A program made the translations under genes and the position numbers. This document shows, piece after piece, positions 30,087 to 39,772 of a stretch of 64,000 nt of DNA. The notes under the pieces were generated by a model. That model did no database searches and was not told the DNA's origin. It saw only the letters and a program-made list of their open reading frames with translations. Position 1 is the stretch's first letter. The number at the start of each line of letters is the position of its first letter. The stretch comes from Gammaproteobacteria bacterium (GTDB taxonomy: Bacteria > Pseudomonadota > Gammaproteobacteria > Ga0077536), in the NCBI GenBank assembly GCA_963662545.2, contig CAXXLL010000002.1:1152001-1216000 (forward strand). The letters run 5' to 3'.

Positions 30087-30602
30087 AGCGCGGTCATCGA
30101 CGAGCCCTTGTTTCGCTTTCCCATCTTGAGCCTCTTTCCGCCTACCGTCGTCGCGGTGCCCCCGGGGATCGCACGCGCCGCACTCGACAGCTTTCTGGCG
30201 TTGGCGCGGGACAAGGTGCCGCACGGCGCGGTAGCGCCCCTGGCCCAACGCAGCTCGGCACAGATCGACGCGGCGCGCGCCGAAGCGCTGATTGAAGGCG
30301 CGCGCAGCTATGTCTATGAGACGACCGAATCTTTATGGGAGCTGGTTCAACGCCGGCAGGACGTGACCAGCGACGCGCGCCGTCGCGTCCGCCTCGCCGC
30401 CTGTCATGCCTGCGAAGCGGCGGCGCAAGCGGTGGATCTGCTTTACCGGGCCGGCGGCGGATCGGCGATCTTCGACGACAACCCCCTGCAGCGCCATTTC
30501 CGCGACATCCACGCCACGACCCAGCACATCCAGATCAGTCACGGCAATTTCGAAACGATGGGCAGGCTGCGATTGACGGGGAGTCTGGACCTACCGTACT
30601 GA
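30087..30602 (+). pseudogene. C-terminal fragment of an acyl-CoA dehydrogenase-type flavin monooxygenase
   Basis: AVDLLYRAGGGSAIFDDNPLQRHFRDIHATTQH; N-terminal domains absent. Confidence 0.78.
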
Positions 30603-30613
30603 CCGAGCGCGCC

Positions 30614-31186
30614 TCACACCTGCCCCGCAGTAAACGTCATACCGTCCATCTCCATCTTTTCCAGCAATGCCGGCGACAGGTGCTGCACTTCCGCGCCGAT
30701 CGCGGGCCGGAAATCGATGTCGTTCATGTCGTGGACGCCGCCGGTGATGATGACCTGCAGCAAGCCTTCCTCGTCACTGATATTGCGGAATGCACGGCAC
30801 ACCACGGGTGGGACGGAAATTGTATCGAATAGCTCGATAATCGCAGCGTTTGAACCGTCGTCGCCCCACAGGATCTCGAAGCGGCCCTTGAGCACGGTGA
30901 AGGTCTCGAAGGTTTTCTGGTGTGAATGGAGGCCCGGACCCTGGCCGGGCGGACAGCGCGCAAGCGTGACGGTCATCCCGCCGGCACCGTGAATCGGCGT
31001 TACGTCGGTGATCCCGGTCGCCGCTGCGTCTTCGAGGCCGATCACCGGAAGCAGCTCCCGCGCGTAGACGACGTCCAGTGCTGCGCGGGGAAACTTATCG
31101 CCCTGCTGATTTTGAAGCGGTTTCAGATCGGCATAGCGCGCAATACGCTGCTCCATCTCGGCGGGCGAAATTTCGATCGTCTTCAT
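30614..31186 (-). CDS. Cupin domain protein
   Basis: PPGQGPGLHSHQKTFETF, SVPP..CRAFRN. Confidence 0.82.
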   Translation of the reverse strand: MKTIEISPAEMEQRIARYADLKPLQNQQGDKFPRAALDVVYARELLPVIGLEDAAATGITDVTPIHGAGGMTVTLARCPPGQGPGLHSHQKTFETFTVLKGRFEILWGDDGSNAAIIELFDTISVPPVVCRAFRNISDEEGLLQVIITGGVHDMNDIDFRPAIGAEVQHLSPALLEKMEMDGMTFTAGQV

Positions 31187-31272
31187 GGTGAGAGCCCCTC
31201 GTGTTTTCAGATTGAGGCGGCTTTGTTACACAGTCGCCAAACGCGATTGAGATCATCCGAAGGATAGATCCC

Positions 31273-31350
31273 TTCGCCCGCAAGCGGTCTCCTACGCGGC
31301 GCCACCCGGGTCGACCGGCAGCCGCCGGTAGGAGCCCGCTTGCGGGCGAT
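31273..31350. repeat. GTAG-type REP doublet
   Basis: TTCGCCCGCAAGCGGTCTCCTAC ... GTAGGAGCCCGCTTGCGGGCGA. Confidence 0.8.
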
Positions 31351-31360
31351 TCATTAAAGT

Positions 31361-32209
31361 TTAGTTCATGAGTTTGACGTAATCGTCCAGCAGCGGCAGC
31401 ACGACGTCGGCTCCTTCCGAGGGCAGCGGCAGGATCGCCCGCTTAGCGCCCTTGTCCGCCTGTGCTTTGAGTTGGTCTGCCTCGAAACCCATGGCGTAAA
31501 ACATGCCGATGTCGATAGTCGCCGGGTCGCGTCCGATTTCGTCGCAGGCCTTCTTGATGGCCGTCATGCCGCCGTCGAAATCGTAGAAGCCGCCGATCGG
31601 CATCCAGCCGTCACAGAACTCGGCGACGTGCGCCGCCGTCTTGGGTCCCGCGGCGCCGCCCATCACGATCGGCGGATGAGGCTTTTGCACGGGTTTCGGC
31701 CAGGCCCATGATTTCTCGAATTGAATGTGCTCGCCGGAAAAACTCGCCTCGTCCTGGGTCCACAGTTCTTTTACCAGCAGCACTTTTTCCCGAAGGATGT
31801 CGCGGCGCCCCTTGTAGTCCAGCCCATGATTACGCATCTCCTCGACGCACCAGCCGTAGCCGATGCCGAGTTCGAAACGCCCACCCGAAATCATATCGAG
31901 GCTCGCCGCTTCCTTTGCCAGCCAAATCGCGTCGCGCTGCGCGACGAGTGTGATGCCCGTGCCGACGCGGAGCTTCTCGGTCACGGCCGCACAGGCGGTC
32001 AACGCGATGAATTGGTCGTGCGATCGCCAATACATCTCGGGCAGCGGCGGTGCGTCCTTCATGCCGCCCCAGGGTGTTTCGCGGCTGGTCGGTATATGGC
32101 TGTGCTCCGGAAACCAGACGGATTCGAAGCCGCGTGCTTCAAGTTCTTTCGCCAACTCGATCGGCTGGATCGATTGGTCCGTGGGGAAAATGACGACACC
32201 TATGTCCAC
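31361..32209 (-). CDS. LLM class oxidoreductase, probable F420-dependent subfamily
   Basis: GFESVWFPEHSHIP, AKEAASLD.ISGGRFELGIGYGW..EEM, WPKPVQKPHPP; GTG start after GGAG. Confidence 0.85.
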   Translation of the reverse strand: MDIGVVIFPTDQSIQPIELAKELEARGFESVWFPEHSHIPTSRETPWGGMKDAPPLPEMYWRSHDQFIALTACAAVTEKLRVGTGITLVAQRDAIWLAKEAASLDMISGGRFELGIGYGWCVEEMRNHGLDYKGRRDILREKVLLVKELWTQDEASFSGEHIQFEKSWAWPKPVQKPHPPIVMGGAAGPKTAAHVAEFCDGWMPIGGFYDFDGGMTAIKKACDEIGRDPATIDIGMFYAMGFEADQLKAQADKGAKRAILPLPSEGADVVLPLLDDYVKLMN

Positions 32210-32423
32210 AGGCGTTCTCCTTTTTTTGATGAAACCAGTAATGATGGTCGGTGCGTCCCGTGATGCGGAGCGCGCCGTTCGCAGAAGGCAGGGTCCGAGT
32301 ATCGCCGAGGTTCCCGCGGCGGCGTCGATAACTCGCCGGAAATTCGTTACGGTCGACCCGGGCAGCCTGCCGCTCGGCATGCTATCAAACATTCGAATGG
32401 ATTATTCGAATTGAGCGCCGCCG

Positions 32424-33392
32424 TCACCTGCCCCATACGTCCTGGAGCACCCGCACCCAGTTCTCGCCCATCACCTTGCGGATCTTCTGCTCCGCCCATC
32501 CCGTACGCTCCATCGCGGCGGTGAGATTCGGAAATTCCCCGATGGTGCGCATCCCTTCGGGATTGATGATGTCGCCGAACTCAATCAGCTTGCGGCCGTA
32601 GCCCTTGTCGCGCGTGATCCATTCGAAAAAGTCCGCTCCATGCCCCTGGGTGAAATCGGTGCCAATGCCGACCGCGTCTTCTCCGACCTGGTCGATGACG
32701 TAGTCGATCGCCTCCACGTAATCGTCGACGGTGGACGCCGGCCCTCTTTTCAGAAATGGGGGAAACATGGTCACGCCGACGAAACCGCCGTGATCGACGA
32801 TGAAACGGAGTTGCTCGTCGGTCTTGTTGCGCGGGTGTTGTTTCAGCCCCGCCGGCAGGCAGTGGGAATAGGCGACCGGCTTGTCCGAGGCCTCGATGGC
32901 GTCCCTGGACGTGTTGGGCCCAACGTGGCTCAGATCGATCAAGATACCGGCCCGATTCATTTCGGCCACCACCTCGTGTCCATAGCCGCTCAGGCCGCCG
33001 TCCTCTTCGTAGCATCCCGTGCCAATCAAGTTCTGGGTGTTGTAGGTCAATTGCACGATACCGACCCCCAGTTGCTTGAACAACTCGATATAACCGAGGT
33101 TCTCGCCGAAGGCGGTTGCGTTCTGAAATCCCAGGATGATGCCAGTCTTGTGCTCGTCTTTCGCGCGTTCAATGTCCGCGATCGTACGGACTTCCAGCAG
33201 CAGATCGGCATTGTCGCGGAAGTGCTTCTTCCAGGTCGCGAGATTGTTCATCGTCGCGCGGAAGTCTTCCCACACCGAGCAGGTGCAGTTGGCCGCCGTG
33301 ACGCCGCCGCGGCGCATGTCTTCGAAAATCTCACGAGAGAAGTTGGCGACGATGAGGCCGTCGAGAACGGTGATGTCGTCGTGCAGCGTCAT
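32424..33392 (-). CDS. Membrane dipeptidase (M19) family protein
   Basis: QLTYNTQN, IDLSHVG, YSH, HPRNKTDE, GIGTDF; resembles the dipeptidase of betaine/dimethylglycine catabolic loci. Confidence 0.85.
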   Translation of the reverse strand: MTLHDDITVLDGLIVANFSREIFEDMRRGGVTAANCTCSVWEDFRATMNNLATWKKHFRDNADLLLEVRTIADIERAKDEHKTGIILGFQNATAFGENLGYIELFKQLGVGIVQLTYNTQNLIGTGCYEEDGGLSGYGHEVVAEMNRAGILIDLSHVGPNTSRDAIEASDKPVAYSHCLPAGLKQHPRNKTDEQLRFIVDHGGFVGVTMFPPFLKRGPASTVDDYVEAIDYVIDQVGEDAVGIGTDFTQGHGADFFEWITRDKGYGRKLIEFGDIINPEGMRTIGEFPNLTAAMERTGWAEQKIRKVMGENWVRVLQDVWGR

Positions 33393-33408
33393 GATCGTTG
33401 ATGTGCGG

Positions 33409-34689
33409 CTAGTTCGCCGATTCCCATTCGAATGCCTCGAGCGACACGTCTTCGAGATTCTCTTGGGGCGTTATAATAGACACGGCCTTGACGTTCTGCG
33501 CCGAGGGTTCGAGCCCTGGAGGCGTAATCCCCTCCAGATTTGCGGCGACGGCCTCGAGCAGGGCCTTGCGTGTTCGAACGATTCCGTAGTCGCTCGACAC
33601 GAGCTGCTCGCGGCTGCGATCAGAGATAGGGCCCTGGCTTTCCTGCACGGCGGTGTCCTGCATCGCGAAGCTCGGGATCCCAGTGAAGCTCTCGCCGCGC
33701 TGCTGCCGGCCGATGTCTCTCAAGTAGTCGTTGTCGCGGTTAGCCGCGCCATGATGGGTCCCTGCAACGAATTTGACGTGCAGACCGCCACCTTGTCGCA
33801 TGTAGTCGCGCTCCTGTTCCGAAAGCGGCTTGTCGCGATAATAGTTAACCGCCCACGACCAGCAGTTGTAGTCGTCCATCGGGACCCAGGCCTGGGCATT
33901 CAGGCTCAGGTCCCCGAACGGAGCAATGAGATTGAAACACGGCAGCACGAACTGCGTGATACGCCAGTAGTAGCGTCCTTCGCCGGCATGGCGGCGCGCG
34001 CCCAGCAATAGGCCGCCATCGGTCGCGATGGTTTGGAACCGCGGGCTGCGATCGGCCGCCATGATCTCGATGATGCGGGAATCCTTCCCCAAGCCACTCA
34101 TTCCCATGATCGGATCGTCAATCAACGAACCCTGGTGCAGCCAGGAAAGGTGGCTCGAATCGAGGCCGCCCTCCATGACCTGAAAATAATTGCACTCCTG
34201 CAGCCGCCGCGATACGAAGAGGTTTTCTTCCGACAGCAACGCCCATTCCAGTGCCGGCGGCGGCGGACTTTCGCCGTCGCCGAGATACGTCCAGATGACG
34301 CCGCCGCGCTCGATGGCGGGGTAGGACTTCAGTTTGATGCGGGCCTTGATCTTGCTGTCCGTCCCTTCCGAGGGGATGTCGAGACATCGCCCTTCGATAT
34401 CGAAATGCCAGCCGTGGTAGGCACACCGGATTCCGCACTGTTCACTGCGGCCGAAATAGAGCGAAGCCTGGCGGTGCGGACAGGCTTCGTCGACGATGCC
34501 GACCCGGCCCTCGCTGTTGCGAAACGCGAGCAGCTTTTGACCCAGGATGGGCAGCCGCACGGGTGGGCAGTCCGGATAGGGCAGCTCGTTGGTCGTCAGC
34601 GCCGGCAGCCAGTAGCGGCGGAACAATGCCCCCATGGGTGTACCGTCGCCGGTGCAGGTCAGGGTTTCGTTGTCGCTCGGTTTCATCAT
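33409..34689 (-). CDS. Rieske non-heme iron oxygenase alpha subunit (phthalate dioxygenase/LigX-like)
   Basis: CPHR..CAYHGW Rieske motif, DSSHLSWLH, QDTAVQESQG. Confidence 0.9.
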   Translation of the reverse strand: MMKPSDNETLTCTGDGTPMGALFRRYWLPALTTNELPYPDCPPVRLPILGQKLLAFRNSEGRVGIVDEACPHRQASLYFGRSEQCGIRCAYHGWHFDIEGRCLDIPSEGTDSKIKARIKLKSYPAIERGGVIWTYLGDGESPPPPALEWALLSEENLFVSRRLQECNYFQVMEGGLDSSHLSWLHQGSLIDDPIMGMSGLGKDSRIIEIMAADRSPRFQTIATDGGLLLGARRHAGEGRYYWRITQFVLPCFNLIAPFGDLSLNAQAWVPMDDYNCWSWAVNYYRDKPLSEQERDYMRQGGGLHVKFVAGTHHGAANRDNDYLRDIGRQQRGESFTGIPSFAMQDTAVQESQGPISDRSREQLVSSDYGIVRTRKALLEAVAANLEGITPPGLEPSAQNVKAVSIITPQENLEDVSLEAFEWESAN

Positions 34690-34819
34690 GAGACGGAATC
34701 TCCCCGATCCGTGTGCAAGCACGTCAGCGGTGCGAATCGAAAAGAGTAAAAACCCATTATCATGAATCGAGGGACCCATTCGCAATCCGGGATTGTCGCC
34801 GCCGCACCGACCGTATGAA

Positions 34820-35221
34820 ATGAGCAACATAACACGCAAGCTGATCGCGGTGGCCGCCCTCGTGCCCATTGCCGCCGGCGCGTGGTGGGCCACGCGCGTC
34901 ACCGATGGGCCGCCGTCCCCGCATGCCCTGTGGCGCAATGGCGTTGTCATCCATGTGCGGGGCTGCGACCATCCGGGCGACGAAACGACACTGCTTACTT
35001 GTGCTGGTCTTTATTGCGCGAAGTCGGTGACCGAGATGCTGACCAATGCGCAGCAGGCAGGATTGAGCGTGATCGTGCGCGAACGCGACGGCGGCGCGAT
35101 TCGCATTGTCGGCTCCATCGATCAATACCTAAACGCGCGGACTCTGCCGACTGGATTCGAGTGCAACATGCGGGACTATCGACGCGCCGTGCCGAAGTTG
35201 TTCGTCGCCGGACAGCGGTGA
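34820..35221 (+). CDS. Hypothetical exported protein with four Cys
   Basis: Hydrophobic N-terminus; no recognisable family. Confidence 0.5.
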   Translation: MSNITRKLIAVAALVPIAAGAWWATRVTDGPPSPHALWRNGVVIHVRGCDHPGDETTLLTCAGLYCAKSVTEMLTNAQQAGLSVIVRERDGGAIRIVGSIDQYLNARTLPTGFECNMRDYRRAVPKLFVAGQR

Positions 35222-35294
35222 AGCGTTGATCATTTCGAGGGTTCCGCATCTATCCTCGGATTCGGTCCCGTTCACATAAATCGAGGAGGACTGC

Positions 35295-36335
35295 ATGAAA
35301 GGCGTCCTAGTCAAGGAATGGACGACCTTCGATCGACTCGAACTCGTCGAGGTGCCGGTGTCTGAAACCGGCGTCGACGAGGTCGGGATCCAGATCGAAG
35401 CCGCGGGCGTGAGTTTCGCAACCAGCCTGGTGGTGCAGGGCAAATACCAGCGCCGACCGCCACTGCCGTTCGTGCCCGGTACCGAAGTCGCCGGTATCGT
35501 CACCGAGGTCGGGCGCGATGCGAAGCGTTTTTCGGCGGGTGACAGGGTCTGCGCTGTCCTCGACTGGGGCGGTTTGGCAGAAGCGACGAGCGCAAGTGAG
35601 GTCAACGTATTCGCCCTGCCAGACGAACTCGAGTTCGCGCGGGCGATTGCCTTCACCAATTCTTACGCAACGTCGGCCGCGGCCTTGACCTGGCCGCATC
35701 TGCTCAACGTTAAATCCGGCGACTGGCTGCTCGTGCACGGCGCGAGCGGGGGCGTCGGCATGGCCGCCGTCGAAATCGGTAAGTTACAAAAAGCGACGGT
35801 CATTGCAACGGCGGGTTCGACCGAGAAACTCGAGCTGGCACGCGCACACGGGGCGGATCACCTGATCAATTACCGTGCATCGGATTTTCGCGAGGCGGTA
35901 CTCGAGCTCACGGCGGGGCGGGGCGTGGACGCGGTGTTCGACCCAGTCGGCGGCGAAGTCTTCACCCAGTCGCTGCGATGTATCGCGCCGGAAGGACGCA
36001 TCATGCCGGTCGGTTTCGCCAGTGGCGAGATCCCGCAGATCCCGGCCAACCTGCTGCTCATCAAGAACATCACGGTGTGCGGCTTGAACATGGGGCTTTA
36101 TTACGGATGGACGCCGAAGGATATGCGTTACGAATACGAAGACCGTATGCGCACCCATATGGACCGACTGTTCGAATGGTTTCTGCAGGGGTACCTCGAC
36201 CCGGTCGTTGCCAAGACCTATCCCCTGCCGCAGTTTCGCGAGGCGATGGACGACATCCTGGAAAGACGTGCTGTCGGACGCATTGCGGTCGTGATGGGCG
36301 AGGAGGCCCGTCGGCTGGGGCATGAGTCCGGCTAG
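35295..36335 (+). CDS. NADPH:quinone oxidoreductase (MDR family)
   Basis: GKYQ..PPLPFVPGTE, HGASGGVG, DPVGG, GFASG. Confidence 0.9.
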   Translation: MKGVLVKEWTTFDRLELVEVPVSETGVDEVGIQIEAAGVSFATSLVVQGKYQRRPPLPFVPGTEVAGIVTEVGRDAKRFSAGDRVCAVLDWGGLAEATSASEVNVFALPDELEFARAIAFTNSYATSAAALTWPHLLNVKSGDWLLVHGASGGVGMAAVEIGKLQKATVIATAGSTEKLELARAHGADHLINYRASDFREAVLELTAGRGVDAVFDPVGGEVFTQSLRCIAPEGRIMPVGFASGEIPQIPANLLLIKNITVCGLNMGLYYGWTPKDMRYEYEDRMRTHMDRLFEWFLQGYLDPVVAKTYPLPQFREAMDDILERRAVGRIAVVMGEEARRLGHESG

Positions 36336-36366
36336 GAATTGCTGTCCGGATGTCAGAGGTATTTTG

Positions 36367-36449
36367 ATTCGCCCGCAAGTGGGCTCCTACGGGTGCCGGT
36401 CGCGTAACATGGGTACCGTCATCAGGTAGGGACCCGCTTGCGGGCGAAT
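36367..36449. repeat. GTAG-type REP doublet
   Basis: ATTCGCCCGCAAGTGGGCTCCTAC ... GTAGGGACCCGCTTGCGGGCGAAT. Confidence 0.8.
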
Positions 36450-36511
36450 AACATAACTTAATATCCGACATTGCTATCGGCATAAGGTAGAAAGCAGAAA
36501 GCAGGAACAAC

Positions 36512-37429
36512 ATGAACGATAAAAAGATTCGTTTCGGAACGACGCTCCGCTCACCCTACGACGTCGCCCAGTCGTCACGCGAGATCGAGGCGCTCGGTTT
36601 CGACGTGCTCGGTTGCGGCGAACACGTCAGTTTTCACGGCGACACGGCGAACGGGTTTATTTCGCTATCGGTGGCCGCGGGCGCGACGAAGGATATTCAG
36701 TTGATGAGCGCGATCACATTGATCCCGCTCTACCCGGCGGCGCTCCTGGCCAAGATGGGTGCGGCACTGGATGTTGCCTCGAATGGGCGATTTATACTCG
36801 GCGTTGGTGTCGGGGGTGAGTTTCCCAAGGAGTTTGAAGCTTGCGGCGTGCCGTTGAACCAGCGAGGGTCACGCACCGACGATGCGCTCGAAGTCATTCA
36901 ACGGACCTGGACGGAAACCAACGTCACCTATCACGGGCGTTACACGACTTTGAACGAATTCAGTCTGAAGCCGCTTCCAATTCAGAAGCCGCGCCCGCCG
37001 ATCTGGGTGTCGGGAAGAAAGGACGTAGCGATGAAACGCGCCGCCCGCTACGGCGACGGTTGGATCCCCTACATGTATACCCCGGAGCAACTCGCCGACA
37101 GTGTTCAGAAAATCGAACGATACGGCGACGATTTCGAGCGCGACCTGTCCGGTTTTACTCACGGTATGTATATCTTCACCGCCGTCCATGAACACGGTGA
37201 CACGGCGGTCGAAATGGCGGCGGAGAAACTCGGACGGCAGTATGACCAGGATTTCAGCAAACTGGTTCACAAATACGTCCTCGCGGGGGATCCGGACTAT
37301 TGTAAGGCGCGGCTGAACGAATACATCGATGCCGGCGCGCGTTTCTTGTTCCTGTCGGCGGCGTGCCCGGATGACTACATCGATCAAAACCTGGCGATGA
37401 TCGCCTCGGAGGTCATGTCGGCTTATTGA
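36512..37429 (+). CDS. LLM class flavin-dependent oxidoreductase
   Basis: GEHV, LDVASNGRFILGVGVGGE, PIQKPRPPIWV, GDGW. Confidence 0.88.
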   Translation: MNDKKIRFGTTLRSPYDVAQSSREIEALGFDVLGCGEHVSFHGDTANGFISLSVAAGATKDIQLMSAITLIPLYPAALLAKMGAALDVASNGRFILGVGVGGEFPKEFEACGVPLNQRGSRTDDALEVIQRTWTETNVTYHGRYTTLNEFSLKPLPIQKPRPPIWVSGRKDVAMKRAARYGDGWIPYMYTPEQLADSVQKIERYGDDFERDLSGFTHGMYIFTAVHEHGDTAVEMAAEKLGRQYDQDFSKLVHKYVLAGDPDYCKARLNEYIDAGARFLFLSAACPDDYIDQNLAMIASEVMSAY

Positions 37430-37523
37430 ACAGCGGAATTCCGGAATCGGTTCGCGGGCGAGTTACCGGAACCGAAGTTCTGCTTCGTTTAGACTCAAGC
37501 CTCTTTCAACCACCACAGACGTG

Positions 37524-38303
37524 ATGGCATTGCGTAGTTTCATTCGCCTTTTGCTCGTCTGCCTTGTGTGCAAGGTATCGATGGGTACGGCCACGGCGGC
37601 GACGTTTACACTGTTCGACGATACCGCAGGTACCTTGCCCGGCCTGCAGCCGTGGTTGTTTTATGCAGCCCTCGGCGGCGTCGCCTCACAAGCCGTGCTC
37701 CCGGGCGTCGGCGCAGGACTGACGACGGATGACGCCGTAGCGGCCGGATACAGCAATACGATCCCCCTGATCAACGTGATCAAGAATGGCGCATTCCCGG
37801 CGCTGGACCGTGCGACAGGATTCAGCCTGGATTTCGAACTCCAGATCCTGGTCGAGTCACACAACAACGCTAACCGCGCAGGATTCAGTGTGGTCCTCCT
37901 GGCAGATGACAATCTCGGCATCGAGATTGCATTCTGGGAAGACGAGATCTGGGCCCAGAACGACGTCTTTGTCCACGACGAAGGCGTGAGCTTCGATACG
38001 ACGGCGATCGAAATCCAATACTCACTGGCGATTCACGATGCGGGGTATACGCTCTCGGCAAACGATACCGAAATTCTCAACGGCGATCTGCGGGAGGACT
38101 ATTCGGTGTCCAAGCCGATTGCACCCTATACGTTGTCCAATTTCCTGTTCCTCGGGGACGATACGAGCAATGCCCAGGCGGATATCGCGCTGGGCCTCGT
38201 AGAGCTACGAACCTTGACCGCCGTTCCGATCCCGCCTGCCTTTGTGTTGTTCTTTACGCCGTTTGCCGCGACGATGATCGCTGTCCGAAGAAGGCGCTCG
38301 TGA
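37524..38303 (+). CDS. Secreted protein with PEP-CTERM/VPLPA-type sorting signal (choice-of-anchor Y-like domain)
   Basis: Signal peptide; NRAGFSVVLL..IEIAFW; C-terminal VPIPPA-TM-RRRRS. Confidence 0.75.
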   Translation: MALRSFIRLLLVCLVCKVSMGTATAATFTLFDDTAGTLPGLQPWLFYAALGGVASQAVLPGVGAGLTTDDAVAAGYSNTIPLINVIKNGAFPALDRATGFSLDFELQILVESHNNANRAGFSVVLLADDNLGIEIAFWEDEIWAQNDVFVHDEGVSFDTTAIEIQYSLAIHDAGYTLSANDTEILNGDLREDYSVSKPIAPYTLSNFLFLGDDTSNAQADIALGLVELRTLTAVPIPPAFVLFFTPFAATMIAVRRRRS

Positions 38304-38359
38304 AGCCAGTGCTTGCTCGCCACTGACAACGCCCGCTAGACGGCGATCGATGGTGAGCT

Positions 38360-39685
38360 TCAGGCGGGTTCCGGCGCTCCCCCGGCCCGTTCGCGCACAT
38401 GTGCGCGCACGTCGGCCGCGATCTTGAGCACGATCAGCAACATCAGCGCGGGCAGGGTCGAATCCAGCGCCATTACCAAGAATCCCCCGAAGATGATGGT
38501 CACATGCATGACCATGATGCGCTTGTAGGGCTCACCCATCTGCCGCGCTATCTGGCGTCCCGCATATTCCCGACGGCCGATGAAATTCAGATAGAAAGAG
38601 AGGGCGTGGCTCATAAATAATGCCGCCAAGGCCGGCCACAGGATCACGAAATCGGCGGCGACTTGCGAAAGCGGGATCGCACTGCCGGCGCCGGCGCCTT
38701 CGATGAAAAAGCCATAGATGAACAGTAGGTGGACGATCATGAACCCGCCGAAATGCCCGAGGAAAAAGGGGCCGATGAACAAGATTGCCCATTTACCGAT
38801 CACGGCCATCTTGAGCAGGTTAAACACGCCGATGATGGCGCTCTCCGCCCAGTAGAGAACCATGATTCGGCCCATGTCCCAGCCGAAAAGAATGACGCCG
38901 ACGAGCGGTACGAGATTGGCCGCGAACAATGCGATGGTCGACGGTGAAAATAAGCTGGGCGGCGATTCATGCCGGATTGTATGGGATGGTTCCGGGTCAA
39001 GCGGCTTCGATGGAATGCGAGCGTCACTTGCCGGTGGATCGCCCGCCCCGACGACGGCTTCCGGCGCCGGACCGTCCGGGATCGGTGTCCCCAACGCCCC
39101 GCGTATACCGAAAAGTAGTTCACCGGCCCGCGCTTCGAGGATATTGGAGCCGAAATCCACGGGCACTCCCAGGTAATCGAAGGCCAGGTGCGCACCGCGC
39201 CAGCCGGTCCCCGCACGTTCATCCGGCTCGGCCGTGCGCAGATTGTGCATGCGTGCGGCGCTGCATTCGCCGCTGACGCCGATGCCGAGGATCTCGATGC
39301 GGATGATCATCATGCCGGATTTCACAATCACCACTTCGCGACCGAACAGCAAGCCGAGAAAGAACACGCCGATGAAGGCCACGCCGACGGACCATCCGAG
39401 AAGCTAAAAGGCGCTGAACAGCTTGGATGTCAGCGAGAACAAATCACCACCGCCCTCGAACTCGGTCGATCCACCGACCGTGAACAAGGGAATGCAGAAC
39501 ACCCCCAACATGACACCGGCGATGATGGTCGCGGCCCAGGACCGCTTGAACGGAAACACCAGGCGAAGCTCACTGGCGCGCTCCCGCGGCCCTTCAATAC
39601 CGAAACGGATCTTCGGAGCAAGCGGGCCCAGTGCGCGCAATCGCGCCGTGGTCAATGCGCCTTGCTCGCTCGAGATCGTTGACAT
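38360..39685 (-). pseudogene. DUF6498-like membrane protein with one in-frame TAG (39404-39406)
   Basis: ANLVPL..WD...LYWAE, FLGHFGGF, PYKRIMVMH; the upstream ORF is in frame: FSAF*LLGWSVG. Confidence 0.72.
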
Positions 39686-39772
39686 GGCGGCGGGGTCTAT
39701 TGGTTCATTCGGTACGGGCCCACTTGCGCGCGAATCAAAAAACGCGGCGGCACGCCAAGCAGACGTCGAAAA

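Noticed and set aside
39404-39406. Pyrrolysine or amber recoding
   Set aside because: Many genes in the window end normally in TAG and Trp fits the context; a point mutation is simpler.
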